Shown here piece by piece: positions 8,850-18,237 of a stretch of DNA of 64,000 nucleotides. Positions within the stretch are counted from its first letter, which is position 1, and each line of letters begins with the position of its first letter. The notes beneath the pieces are model-generated. The model was not told where the DNA came from and ran no database searches. It saw only the letters and a program-made list of their open reading frames with translations. Source of the stretch: Methanoregula sp. UBA247 (lineage in GTDB: Archaea > Halobacteriota > Methanomicrobia > Methanomicrobiales > Methanospirillaceae); NCBI GenBank assembly GCA_002495055.1, contig DADR01000042.1:18123-82122 (forward strand). Reading direction: 5' to 3'. The position numbers were made by a program, and so were the translations under genes.

Positions 8850-9413
8850 TTAGAACTCAATCTTCGGTGGGGTTTTAATCGCTTCTTCAAATTGCAGGTA
8901 CTCAAGCTTGATGAGCCCGATTAATCGTCCGATGAAATTTGAGGGTATTGTATCCATCATCGTATTAAATTCCTGTGAGATGTTGTTGTAAGTATAACGC
9001 TGCCGGCCAATCTCTTCCTCGACTCCTTTCACAGAGTCCATAAGACTTATGACTGTCGTATTAGTCTTCAGATCGGGATAATTTTCTGCGACAGCTAACA
9101 GGCGCCCGAAGATTGAACGGGATTCGGCTTCAACCTTATTCAGATCACCAGGAGAAGCTGTTGCTACGCTTGCCCGCATTGCGGTGACACGTTCGAAGGT
9201 CTCTTTCTCGAACTTCGCATAACTCTTCACCGCACCGAGAAGCTGTTCAATCATATCAAGCCGTTTCTTCATAGCGACACGGATCTGACCGAGAGCAGCT
9301 TCAGAGGCGTTTTTAAGGCTGAAGAAACGGTTATAGATACCGACTGCCCAGAGGATCAGTCCAATTATTACGAGTGCTATAACACCGATTACAATCCATC
9401 CAATGATGTCCAT
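8850..9413 (-). CDS. lemA: LemA family protein
   Basis: N-terminal TM, YNRFFSL, KRLDMIEQL, AENYPDLK, RYTYN motifs; start MDIIGW. Confidence 0.92.
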   Translation of the reverse strand: MDIIGWIVIGVIALVIIGLILWAVGIYNRFFSLKNASEAALGQIRVAMKKRLDMIEQLLGAVKSYAKFEKETFERVTAMRASVATASPGDLNKVEAESRSIFGRLLAVAENYPDLKTNTTVISLMDSVKGVEEEIGRQRYTYNNISQEFNTMMDTIPSNFIGRLIGLIKLEYLQFEEAIKTPPKIEF

Positions 9414-9523
9414 AATTATCACTGTACTGATAATCTTACCACTACATAAGTTATTAGGAAACGGAGGCAACACTGAAGATTATAAGGATCAGATAAAAAT
9501 CAGAGAGTTAGTATACAATAAAA

Positions 9524-10495
9524 TTATGAAATCACAAGGCTCCCCACAATGCGGAGCTTGCCACCTTCAAGATAGTGCAGCACTACCCGTGCACCGGGCG
9601 GATATATCAGCGCTTTTTCCATAGTTAAAGTAATGGTTGGCATCCGCCAGTCCCCGTTAATAACAATTTTTTCCAGCCGGGTGGGAAGGAATTGCATCCA
9701 GTGACCGGCGTACAGCACCATACCCTCCTTGAGCGGGGCAGGCCAGTATTTCACGAGCTGCGCTTTTCCGGAAATCGTTGTTGCATATTTTATCGACGGA
9801 TCATTTGTCAGGACAAAGCCCCGGTCCAGATCTTCTGATTCAATATTCTTCAGGGCAAGTCCAACCCGATCACCGGTGATGGCATTCTCTGAATCATCAT
9901 CATGTTTCTGGATAGAGCGGATCTGTGCGGTTTTTTCTGTCGGAAGGACTTTGAGGATTTCGTGTTTTTTGATGCTTCCCTGTGCAACACTGCCAAGTAC
10001 GACAACCCCGACACCTTTCACATTGAAATGCGCATCCACCGGAACAGTCCCTTTTCCTAAGGAATCATGGATTTTCTGGTGAGCAGTCTGTTTTACTGAG
10101 ATTTCGAGCAATTTCTCGCGAAGGCCGACAATATCCTCCTCGATTACCTCGTAATGTTCCAGAACGGTTCCCTTTATCAGAGGTGTGATCTGGTCGAGGG
10201 AGATGTAGTTCTTGAGTATAAGATATCCCGTGGATTTGTCTGCGCACTGGAGCATCAGAACACATTCACCAAAAGCAGCATTAATTTCATTAACCACAAG
10301 GACCACACGATCCGCAATGGACACTGAATAAAACAACGAGGATAATTTTTCCGGATACCGGGTCGGCTCAATGAAAGTTACGGTTGCATCCCCTTTTTTC
10401 AGATTATAGAAGGTAATATCGCTGGTTGTGCCTTTCTTTCCCAGATCTTTTGCATAGTCCGGGGGGGCCAGGACAGCGACAGTGAGATTGGACAT
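9524..10495 (-). CDS. Archaeal SelB-like protein (EF-Tu domain II/III, degenerate G domain)
   Basis: VDAHFNVKGVGVVVLG, QIRSIQKHD, GDRVGLALK, LDRGFVL (domain II); no GxxxxGKT P-loop. Confidence 0.85.
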   Translation of the reverse strand: MSNLTVAVLAPPDYAKDLGKKGTTSDITFYNLKKGDATVTFIEPTRYPEKLSSLFYSVSIADRVVLVVNEINAAFGECVLMLQCADKSTGYLILKNYISLDQITPLIKGTVLEHYEVIEEDIVGLREKLLEISVKQTAHQKIHDSLGKGTVPVDAHFNVKGVGVVVLGSVAQGSIKKHEILKVLPTEKTAQIRSIQKHDDDSENAITGDRVGLALKNIESEDLDRGFVLTNDPSIKYATTISGKAQLVKYWPAPLKEGMVLYAGHWMQFLPTRLEKIVINGDWRMPTITLTMEKALIYPPGARVVLHYLEGGKLRIVGSLVIS

Positions 10496-10635
10496 ATTTA
10501 TCCATAGGATGTTCAGAAATAAGAGATTTTATACAAACCGAACCCATATTCTGATGAAAGAACAAGGAATTCCCCTTATAGCTCATCAAACAATTCCTTT
10601 GATCCTGTCATCGCAAGATACACTGGTGAACTAAA

Positions 10636-11388
10636 ATGCACTTTGATCTGACCGTGATTATACCAACATACAATGAGGAAGAAAATATTGAAAGAATGAT
10701 TATTACGGTTGACTCGATTTGCAGAGCACACGATATCAATGAAGAAATTCTTATTGTTGATGACAACTCAAATGACAGTACCATCACTATTGTAAAAAAA
10801 CTGATGGTTGATCGTCCTTTTCTCCATCTGATCATCCGGACAAAGAACCCGGGGCTTTCCCCGTCCCTTTATGATGGAATAATCAACGCAACAGCGGATC
10901 TGATCCAATGCATTGACTGCGATTTCTCACATCCCCCGGAAAAAATTCCAATTTTTTACCATATCATCAAAAATGAAGGATACGATATGGTAATCGGATC
11001 CCGTTATGTCAAGGGGGGTGAAGTAATTAACTGGCCCGTTTTAAGAAGGGTGCTCTCTTCAGGTGCAGCCCTTCTCAGTCGGCTCCTGATCCCTCATGTT
11101 AAGGATTCGGGAAGTGGATTTTTCGCGATAAACCGGCATATACTAACCGGTACGCTCCTTTCACCCCGTGGCTTCCGGATGGGATTTGAAATCCTTGGGA
11201 AAGCTCACTGGACGCGGGTACATGAGATCCCCATTGTTTTCAAGGACCGGGAGTTCGGACAAAGTAAGCTAAAGGGAAGGATTATATTCGATTTTCTTAT
11301 CCAGTGTGGTTCTATAATCAAATACAATTTCATCGTAAGGAAGAGTACCAATATTATCCGGGCATGGACACTATTTCTCCACGGATAA
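10636..11388 (+). CDS. Polyprenol monophosphomannose synthase-like GT2
   Basis: IIPTYNEEENI, IVDDNSND, DCDFSHPPE, IGSRYVKGG, EIPIVFKDREFGQSK. Confidence 0.9.
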   Translation: MHFDLTVIIPTYNEEENIERMIITVDSICRAHDINEEILIVDDNSNDSTITIVKKLMVDRPFLHLIIRTKNPGLSPSLYDGIINATADLIQCIDCDFSHPPEKIPIFYHIIKNEGYDMVIGSRYVKGGEVINWPVLRRVLSSGAALLSRLLIPHVKDSGSGFFAINRHILTGTLLSPRGFRMGFEILGKAHWTRVHEIPIVFKDREFGQSKLKGRIIFDFLIQCGSIIKYNFIVRKSTNIIRAWTLFLHG

Positions 11389-11429
11389 ATGCCTGACGAT
11401 TCAGAATACTAAGAGAAGGATAGCATCTG

Positions 11430-13070
11430 ATGAAAAGGAGTACCGTTATCAGTATTATTCAAGGCGTTTTTGCCATCGCACTATTGTTGCTTCTTTTGGG
11501 TACAGTGGATTACCGGCTTACTCTCTCACTCCTGACCAATCTTGACATTCGGTTCATTTTTCTTGCAGGTTTATGTTATTTCTTAAATAACCTGCTCATG
11601 GCATACCGGATAAAGAGAATTCTCTTCTATCTTGGAGAGAATATACGGTTCAGGTTGGTTTTTTTCTCTCACATGGCAGGGATGCTTTTTTCGGATTTCA
11701 CACCGGCCCGGAGCGGTTATCTTTATGTTGCGCTTGCACTGAATAAACGTGACGTCCCTCTGGAAAAAGGAATGAGTGCCATTACCAGTACGTATCTCTA
11801 TGACCTCACCTTTAAAATGACAGTCGCCATCCTTGGTGCATATTTTGTCTATTCTTATATATTTGCTGAAAGCCTCGGTTTTGTGGTCATAATTACATTT
11901 CTCCTCATTCTTGGGGTAATCACGGGGTATTTTATCATCATGTATCCTGGAGAAAAGATGAGAAATCTCCTTCAAAAACGGGAATTCTTAAGAAAGATCC
12001 TGCTTTTTGGGGAGCAGAGCTATTCAATCCAGAAATATGCACCGTTTATTCTTTCGATAACCCTGGCAGGCTGGATTCTGCGAGGACTTGAATGGTACCT
12101 GATAGTACTATCAATGCACCAGCTTTTTCTTAAACCGCTTGATGCACTTCTTTTAAATCCATTGCTTACCCTGTTCTCGCTCATGCCATTAACACCAGCC
12201 GGTTGGGGAATCCAGGAAGCTGGCATTGTTTTTGTATTTACTACAATGGGAATCGGCGCAACCATTGCAGCCTCATTTGCCCTCATAACCAGATTTGTTG
12301 AGGTAGGAATCGATGTTATCGGAATAAAAGAGGTCTTTGTAAAATCTACAAAGGAGGAAACCCTTTTTGCATTTTATAATACGATACCGGGGGATATAGA
12401 TGAAAAAGCCTTTAATTCCGACATGCTCGTACAGCGATATTTTCAAAGGAGAAAAACCGAGGTTATAAAAAATACGCTGGCTGTAAAAAGGGCTGACGTG
12501 ATAATTGATATCGGGTGCGGGAGCGGAGTGCAGATGAAAGAAATCGGAAAAAACGGGTATTCCCTGGCTTTAGGAATAGATGTAAACCTTAATGCGATTC
12601 GGTTTGCACGGGAAAGATCGCTTCCCAATACAGAATTCATTATTGCCGATGCACAAAACCTTCCTGTCAAATCATCCAGTGCGGATAGAATAATCTGTGC
12701 GGAAATCATTGAACACGTAAAGAGCCCCCAACTTCTCGTAAATGAAATTGCCAGAGTCCTGAAGCACGGAGGTGCGGTTGTAGTTACCACACCCAATGAT
12801 AAATCCGTCTGGGGGATCTATGAATTCTTCTGGGATGTATTTGGCAGAGGCAGAAACTATGGAGAAACACATCTGAGGTTTTTTTCTGAGTCAGGGCTCC
12901 GCAGTAATTTTCCCGGTTTCTCAGAATGCAGTACCCAATCCCTCTTTTTTATATCCCCGCTTTTTGCTCTTTTCAACAGGAAGGCACTGTTAGAAGGGGG
13001 GGAAAAATTGGACCGGCTGTTTGAGCGATGGGGTTGGGGGGTTTCAATCATTCTTTATGCCAGAAAATAA
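11430..13070 (+). CDS. UPF0104/flippase-like membrane domain fused to a class I SAM methyltransferase
   Basis: N-terminal multi-TM (FSDFTPARSG, PLTPAGWGIQE); C-terminal IDIGCGSG, ADAQNLP, EIIEHV, RVLKHGG. Confidence 0.82.
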   Translation: MKRSTVISIIQGVFAIALLLLLLGTVDYRLTLSLLTNLDIRFIFLAGLCYFLNNLLMAYRIKRILFYLGENIRFRLVFFSHMAGMLFSDFTPARSGYLYVALALNKRDVPLEKGMSAITSTYLYDLTFKMTVAILGAYFVYSYIFAESLGFVVIITFLLILGVITGYFIIMYPGEKMRNLLQKREFLRKILLFGEQSYSIQKYAPFILSITLAGWILRGLEWYLIVLSMHQLFLKPLDALLLNPLLTLFSLMPLTPAGWGIQEAGIVFVFTTMGIGATIAASFALITRFVEVGIDVIGIKEVFVKSTKEETLFAFYNTIPGDIDEKAFNSDMLVQRYFQRRKTEVIKNTLAVKRADVIIDIGCGSGVQMKEIGKNGYSLALGIDVNLNAIRFARERSLPNTEFIIADAQNLPVKSSSADRIICAEIIEHVKSPQLLVNEIARVLKHGGAVVVTTPNDKSVWGIYEFFWDVFGRGRNYGETHLRFFSESGLRSNFPGFSECSTQSLFFISPLFALFNRKALLEGGEKLDRLFERWGWGVSIILYARK

Positions 13071-13099
13071 GATCTGACCTGAATAACAGGTATCCATCA

Positions 13100-14638
13100 T
13101 TAATTTGAGGTGAGCAGATAAATCCCTGTACGTTCTGTTTCAAATCGTGCTGCTTTTGAAAGCCATGCAAGAGCATCTCCCTCCGGATTCATTGCAGAAA
13201 TATCACCGGTTACAATATAGAAGATACTGTTGTTTCCTTTTAGCTGGTTTATTTTTTCAAGTTCTGTGCTGTTATTTGCACCATATTCAGATGTTTTGTC
13301 CGTGACATTGGAATAATAATAATTGAATGGTACCGCCATATAGCTTGGAATAAATACGATCACATCACCTTCCTGGGTTTTTGACTGAACAAGCCCGGCT
13401 AATCCCCGCCAGTCCTCCTTAGTATAACCGGAGTAATACTCCGCAAGAAGTGGGGCGTTTATGACACCAATCAGGATAACAATGAGATATAACAGATTCC
13501 TGTTCGGTATTAGCCTGCATATGAGGGGATAGGAGAGCGCGACGAGTGTGAAATAAACAGGAAGGAGATAGATAAGATATCGGGGATTCATCGTCATCTT
13601 CGAGGATATCAGCACACTGATCACAATCGGCAGAATGAGAAACATCACTGAGAAGAGGCACTTGTTTTTGTCCCCGGTATACAGGATAACTAGTCCCCCA
13701 ATCACCAGGACGAGGTAGATGAAAGCAATAATCCAATTTAGTGAGGAGTACCCTCCTGAAAACCGGATAAGCGTTTCCTGTATAAGCAGCGGTCCCAGCA
13801 CCCCGTATGTCGGTGGTGATCCCGTAAGTTTGAAAAACCGCTCACCGATAATAAATAGCAAAGGAAGGATCAGTATAAGTGTTGTGCAAAATGCTGCCAG
13901 AAGGTTTTTTGCGTAAAGGAATCCCTTTTTGAGTTGACTGCCTCTTGTAATTATTGCATGAAGATAGATAACTCCCAATCCGACAAAAACATAATAATGC
14001 GTCCAGAACGCGATCGCTGAAAAAATCCCAAACAGAACCCAGATGGAGATATTATCGGTTCGAAGGGCTGATAAGTAAAATAAAATTACCAGAGAGAAAA
14101 CAAAAAGAACCGTTGAATATGAATAGGCTTCCTGAGAATAGTAGATCCCAAAATACGAGAAGGTCAGAAGGGCTGCACTGATAATGCCGATGTTCTTATC
14201 GTGGAACTCTTTTCCAATAAAATAAAAAACCGGAATGGTCAGCGTACCAAGCATGGCTGGAACCGAACGCAGAACGACCTCGCTCTGGCCGAAAACAAGC
14301 ATGATATGCTCAATCCAGTGAAATAACGGCGGGTGGAAATCTACAGAACGGCTGATTTCCCAAATCTCAAAAAAACCGGGTTTCGACCAATTAAAGGTTG
14401 TTGCTTCATCAAGCCAGAGAGAGTTAAAACCCAGATTATAAAAACGAAGGATAAAACCGAAGATTGTTAACATTAAAAGGATCTGTGCATACCGGCTGTG
14501 CACTATGACCGACTTACAATTTTCAAAGGAGAGATCATGAATAGATCGGAAAGGAGACTGATAATCGTCATCAGGATTACATCCTTGATCCGGTTTAATT
14601 TTTTTTTCTTTTGCCCGATCGTCACGTCTTCTTGCCAT
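13100..14638 (-). CDS. GT-C fold (GT39/PMT-like) membrane glycosyltransferase
   Basis: LRFYNLGFNSLWLDEA, HPPLFHW, YYSQEAYSY, PRYLIYLLP, KEDWR. Confidence 0.88.
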   Translation of the reverse strand: MARRRDDRAKEKKIKPDQGCNPDDDYQSPFRSIHDLSFENCKSVIVHSRYAQILLMLTIFGFILRFYNLGFNSLWLDEATTFNWSKPGFFEIWEISRSVDFHPPLFHWIEHIMLVFGQSEVVLRSVPAMLGTLTIPVFYFIGKEFHDKNIGIISAALLTFSYFGIYYSQEAYSYSTVLFVFSLVILFYLSALRTDNISIWVLFGIFSAIAFWTHYYVFVGLGVIYLHAIITRGSQLKKGFLYAKNLLAAFCTTLILILPLLFIIGERFFKLTGSPPTYGVLGPLLIQETLIRFSGGYSSLNWIIAFIYLVLVIGGLVILYTGDKNKCLFSVMFLILPIVISVLISSKMTMNPRYLIYLLPVYFTLVALSYPLICRLIPNRNLLYLIVILIGVINAPLLAEYYSGYTKEDWRGLAGLVQSKTQEGDVIVFIPSYMAVPFNYYYSNVTDKTSEYGANNSTELEKINQLKGNNSIFYIVTGDISAMNPEGDALAWLSKAARFETERTGIYLLTSN

Positions 14639-14762
14639 TACAATCAGGTACTATATCGTAAATATGCTCATATAGTTTATTCCCTGTCAGATGCTTTTTT
14701 GAGTAATTTTCTTAAGCACTAAAAAATCCGCAGGTTATCCAGTCAGGTATTCTGGAACGAGC

Positions 14763-15620
14763 CTATGAATTATATTTCATAATGGATGGTGATTTGATTA
14801 CATCGAGGAGATCGTTTGTACTGGTCACGACAGTTGCCGATTCTTCGAGCACGAAATTCACTATTTCATGGCTGCCTACCCTGCGAAAATCAGTCCGCAA
14901 CGCGATAACCCGTTTCCCACGTGCAAATGCATACCCCATTTCCCATGCAGTGCCTGAATCGACATCCGCACCATCGATAATGGCAACGATTATTTCAGCA
15001 TTTTCAAGAGCTTTCAAATTTTCTGATAGGATCCGAACCTGTTCTTTTTTATCCCTTAAATCTGAATCATCACCTTCCTGCTGAGGCAAATAGACCTCAA
15101 AAAAGTAATTTCTCAGCAATTCTTCAATCGAAAGATTATATTGTCGTTCAGCTTCTGAAAAAAGGGGGGCGGCTATATACACACGATATTGAGAGAAAAT
15201 CTCAACATCCATCGCCATGATGTGCGGGAAACGCTTAAGGAATACACCACGCTCCTTCCGTTTTGGCGGTTGTTGATCTTCACTCCCATACCAGGTGCTG
15301 GTAACTCCGCACGTGGGAGAAGAGTTGACCCCAACGATGCAGAGTGGTGGACCCCGTTCATCTATGATTTCCTGAACTTGTAATTCGAGCTTGTCGATCA
15401 GTCTGGTAAATGCCGGCGTGTTCAATCGTTCAAGAAATGTCCCGGGTTTTCTACCGGAACCGAGGTACAAGGTCTCCGGGCATGGCAGCGGCACCATTTC
15501 AATGCCAAAATGTTTGCACCGTAATATCGCCCGGTCAAACACTACGAGATCCGAAGGTTTCGTAATCCCCTTTGCACGCAGTGCAGGATCGAGAATGCAG
15601 GGACTGCAGAGTACGTACAT
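14763..15620 (-). CDS. DUF523/TudS-like domain fused to nucleoside 2-deoxyribosyltransferase
   Basis: N-terminal SPCIL, LPCPE, SSPTCG; C-terminal YIAAPLFSEAE and DGADVDSGTAWEMGYAFARGK. Confidence 0.8.
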   Translation of the reverse strand: MYVLCSPCILDPALRAKGITKPSDLVVFDRAILRCKHFGIEMVPLPCPETLYLGSGRKPGTFLERLNTPAFTRLIDKLELQVQEIIDERGPPLCIVGVNSSPTCGVTSTWYGSEDQQPPKRKERGVFLKRFPHIMAMDVEIFSQYRVYIAAPLFSEAERQYNLSIEELLRNYFFEVYLPQQEGDDSDLRDKKEQVRILSENLKALENAEIIVAIIDGADVDSGTAWEMGYAFARGKRVIALRTDFRRVGSHEIVNFVLEESATVVTSTNDLLDVIKSPSIMKYNS

Positions 15621-15650
15621 TGATACAGTGTGTGCACGCACAGATGATCA

Positions 15651-16142
15651 ATGATACCGCTGTATGCATACCGGGATAACACATGTGACCCCCGGAAGTG
15701 CACAGTTAAAAAGCTTGAAAAAGCTGGTTTTCTAAAAGTATATACAAAAATTTCGCAAATTCCACGAAATACACTGCTTCTTGATCCCACTGCCGAGCAG
15801 GCACTTTCACCGGCAGACAAGCATGTAAAATCAATAACGGTGCTGGATTGTTCGTGGATGGTTTTAGATACCGGGAAAGTCCGATCATGGCGAATCCATC
15901 GTGCACTTCCCTTTTTGGTTGCCGCAAATCCGGTAAATTTTGGCAAACCTTGTGTACTTTCCTCTGTTGAGGCACTTGCTGGTGCACTGTACATTATTGG
16001 CGAAAAGGAGAGGGCTTCTGAACTCCTCGCAAAAGTCAGCTGGGGTAACCGCTTCTTGGAAGTAAACAAAGAACCCCTTGATCTCTACTCAAATGCAAAG
16101 AGTAGTACTGAAGTAATAAAAATCCAGGAACTCTTCTTTTAA
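15651..16142 (+). CDS. tsr3: 16S rRNA aminocarboxypropyltransferase Tsr3 (DUF367)
   Basis: CDPRKCTVKKL, LDCSW, RALPFLVAANPVNFG, SSVEALA. Confidence 0.93.
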   Translation: MIPLYAYRDNTCDPRKCTVKKLEKAGFLKVYTKISQIPRNTLLLDPTAEQALSPADKHVKSITVLDCSWMVLDTGKVRSWRIHRALPFLVAANPVNFGKPCVLSSVEALAGALYIIGEKERASELLAKVSWGNRFLEVNKEPLDLYSNAKSSTEVIKIQELFF

Positions 16143-16289
16143 AATGTTTTTTTGCACAATATTTTTTAGAATTATTGAAATTAGCAAAATCGTTTTTTAC
16201 AGCCTATAAAAAAAGCATAGGGCTAAAATATTATAGATTACCTGTGATAAAGTAACTGTAACAGCAGAATCCGGGGCGAACTTCGAGGA

Positions 16290-18044
16290 GTGGTAATTAC
16301 TTTGTCCGATCTTGAGAAAATTTCTATTTTGTGCGTCGATGACGAATCGTTATTATTGGAGGTTTTCCAGGATTTTTTCAAACGGGAACCCGGATTTTCA
16401 ATAACAACATGCACGAATGCAACTGACGCGATAGATCAATTAACCACTCAATCGTTTGATGCTATTCTTGCAGATTATGGCCTTCCGGATAAAGACGGAA
16501 TCAATTTGTTAAAGGAGATCCGGGGCGGGGGGTTTTCAGGCCTTTTCATCATCATTACGGGTAAACATCGTGCTCATGTTGCCATCGATGCGTTAAATTC
16601 CGGTGCAGATTATTACATACAAAAAGGAGGGGGCATGGTAAACGACATGGCCTCTCTGGTTGAATTCATCCGAAATGGTGTTGGAAAAATTCGGGCAGAC
16701 CGGGCGTTGGTTGAACGTGAAAGCATGTATCGCTCGATTATCGAAAACAATTCTGATCTTATTTGTCGTTTTCTTCCGGGGGGAGAGATTCGTTTCATAA
16801 ATGAATCATTCATTGAGTTTGTGGGAAGAAGTAAAGACGAGTGTATCGGGAGCAGCATCTTTTCATTTGTGCCTGATGAAGAAGGTAAAAAAATTGTGGG
16901 GCAGTTACAAAATCTGACACCTTCAAAACCTGGGATTTTCATTAAACATGCGTTCCTGAAAAGTGATGGATCATCAGCTGAAATCGAATGGAATTATCGT
17001 GCGATCTTCAACCTGGCAGGAGCAATCGTCGAGTACCAAACCGCAGGAAGAGAAGGACACGGACTCGTTCAGATTCACGAACCTCTTGCTTCACAGAGTG
17101 AAATTACTGCTGTTTCCACCGTGAAAACAGCTGTGACAGGTACGGAACCTGAGGATGAATGGGATACATTTTCCAATACTATCGAAACGCTCGAGAACCC
17201 GGTTTTTGCGATAGACAAAACCGGTGTCATTATTACATGGAATAAAGCCATGGAGCATCTGACGGGTGTCACAGCCAAAGAAATGGTCGGAAAAGGAAAT
17301 CGCGAGTATGCAATTCCATTCTATGGTGAACCAAGACCGATGCTGGTTGATTATATCGTCATATCAACTCATAAAAGGCAATCGGGCAAATTTCCGGGAA
17401 TCAAACGTGTGGGGAATACATTTACCAGTGAAATGGAAAAAGTCAAAATTCGTGAAAAACCGATGTATCTGTGGGGAAAAGGGACAGCTGTTTACGATGA
17501 TAAGGGACAGTTGATTGCAGCAATCGAGACCCTCACTGTCGTCGAGCAACAGCCGGAAACCCTGAAATCAGATGAGTCAGAAAAGGAAATATATATCGGG
17601 GGATTGTCAAGTCCTACACTTAAAGTTGCCGGGGGAAGCGCGAGCGGTGCGATTGCGGGTCTCGTCCCATCGCCTCCAAGGGGTTATGGGATTTATGCAA
17701 CCAATAAACGGTTGTTTGTAATCCAAAATCCGGATTTTGATCTTTCAAAACCCAAGGGAATGCAGTATGGACCTTATGTACTGGATGATCTTTTTGGTAC
17801 CAGGACGACAATCGACAACCGCCCGAAGACTATTGATGCTATTGAAAAATTATTGGTCTATGAAATTACAAAACAAGACCTGGTTACCATAGAATTAATG
17901 AATCCGGTACTGCTCCCCGGTTTCCTGACATTATATAACAAGACTGGAGAATCATTCAGGATGTTTATCGATCATAAAACGGCATTTTTGCAGATTGAAC
18001 ACCTGATAAAATCATTCTATCCGGAAATTTTACGTATGGAGTAA
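16290..18044 (+). CDS. Response regulator receiver + PAS + PAS + uncharacterised C-terminal domain
   Basis: ILCVDDE, ILADYGLP, IIITG, YIQKG (receiver); NSDLICRF...FINESF and PVFAIDKTG...WNKAME (PAS); no His-kinase boxes seen. Confidence 0.85.
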   Translation: MVITLSDLEKISILCVDDESLLLEVFQDFFKREPGFSITTCTNATDAIDQLTTQSFDAILADYGLPDKDGINLLKEIRGGGFSGLFIIITGKHRAHVAIDALNSGADYYIQKGGGMVNDMASLVEFIRNGVGKIRADRALVERESMYRSIIENNSDLICRFLPGGEIRFINESFIEFVGRSKDECIGSSIFSFVPDEEGKKIVGQLQNLTPSKPGIFIKHAFLKSDGSSAEIEWNYRAIFNLAGAIVEYQTAGREGHGLVQIHEPLASQSEITAVSTVKTAVTGTEPEDEWDTFSNTIETLENPVFAIDKTGVIITWNKAMEHLTGVTAKEMVGKGNREYAIPFYGEPRPMLVDYIVISTHKRQSGKFPGIKRVGNTFTSEMEKVKIREKPMYLWGKGTAVYDDKGQLIAAIETLTVVEQQPETLKSDESEKEIYIGGLSSPTLKVAGGSASGAIAGLVPSPPRGYGIYATNKRLFVIQNPDFDLSKPKGMQYGPYVLDDLFGTRTTIDNRPKTIDAIEKLLVYEITKQDLVTIELMNPVLLPGFLTLYNKTGESFRMFIDHKTAFLQIEHLIKSFYPEILRME

Positions 18045-18237
18045 GTGGAGTTATCATTTCCCGATAAAAAATTCATCGTTTTTCTTTGGGAAAAATATAC
18101 AAACCGGGTTTTGTTATACAGAAAAACATCCAACCCTTCTTTATTTTATTAGCTGGCATCGTGCGTATGATCATATAGCACATGCAGGCTGGGTTTTTCC
18201 CATACCTTTTTTGTATACTACTACCATGTACGATTGT

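Noticed and set aside
18161-18181. Imperfect palindrome GTGCGTATGATCATATAGCAC upstream of gap
   Set aside because: Could be an operator, but a single 10-bp perfect core with no second copy seen is too weak to call.
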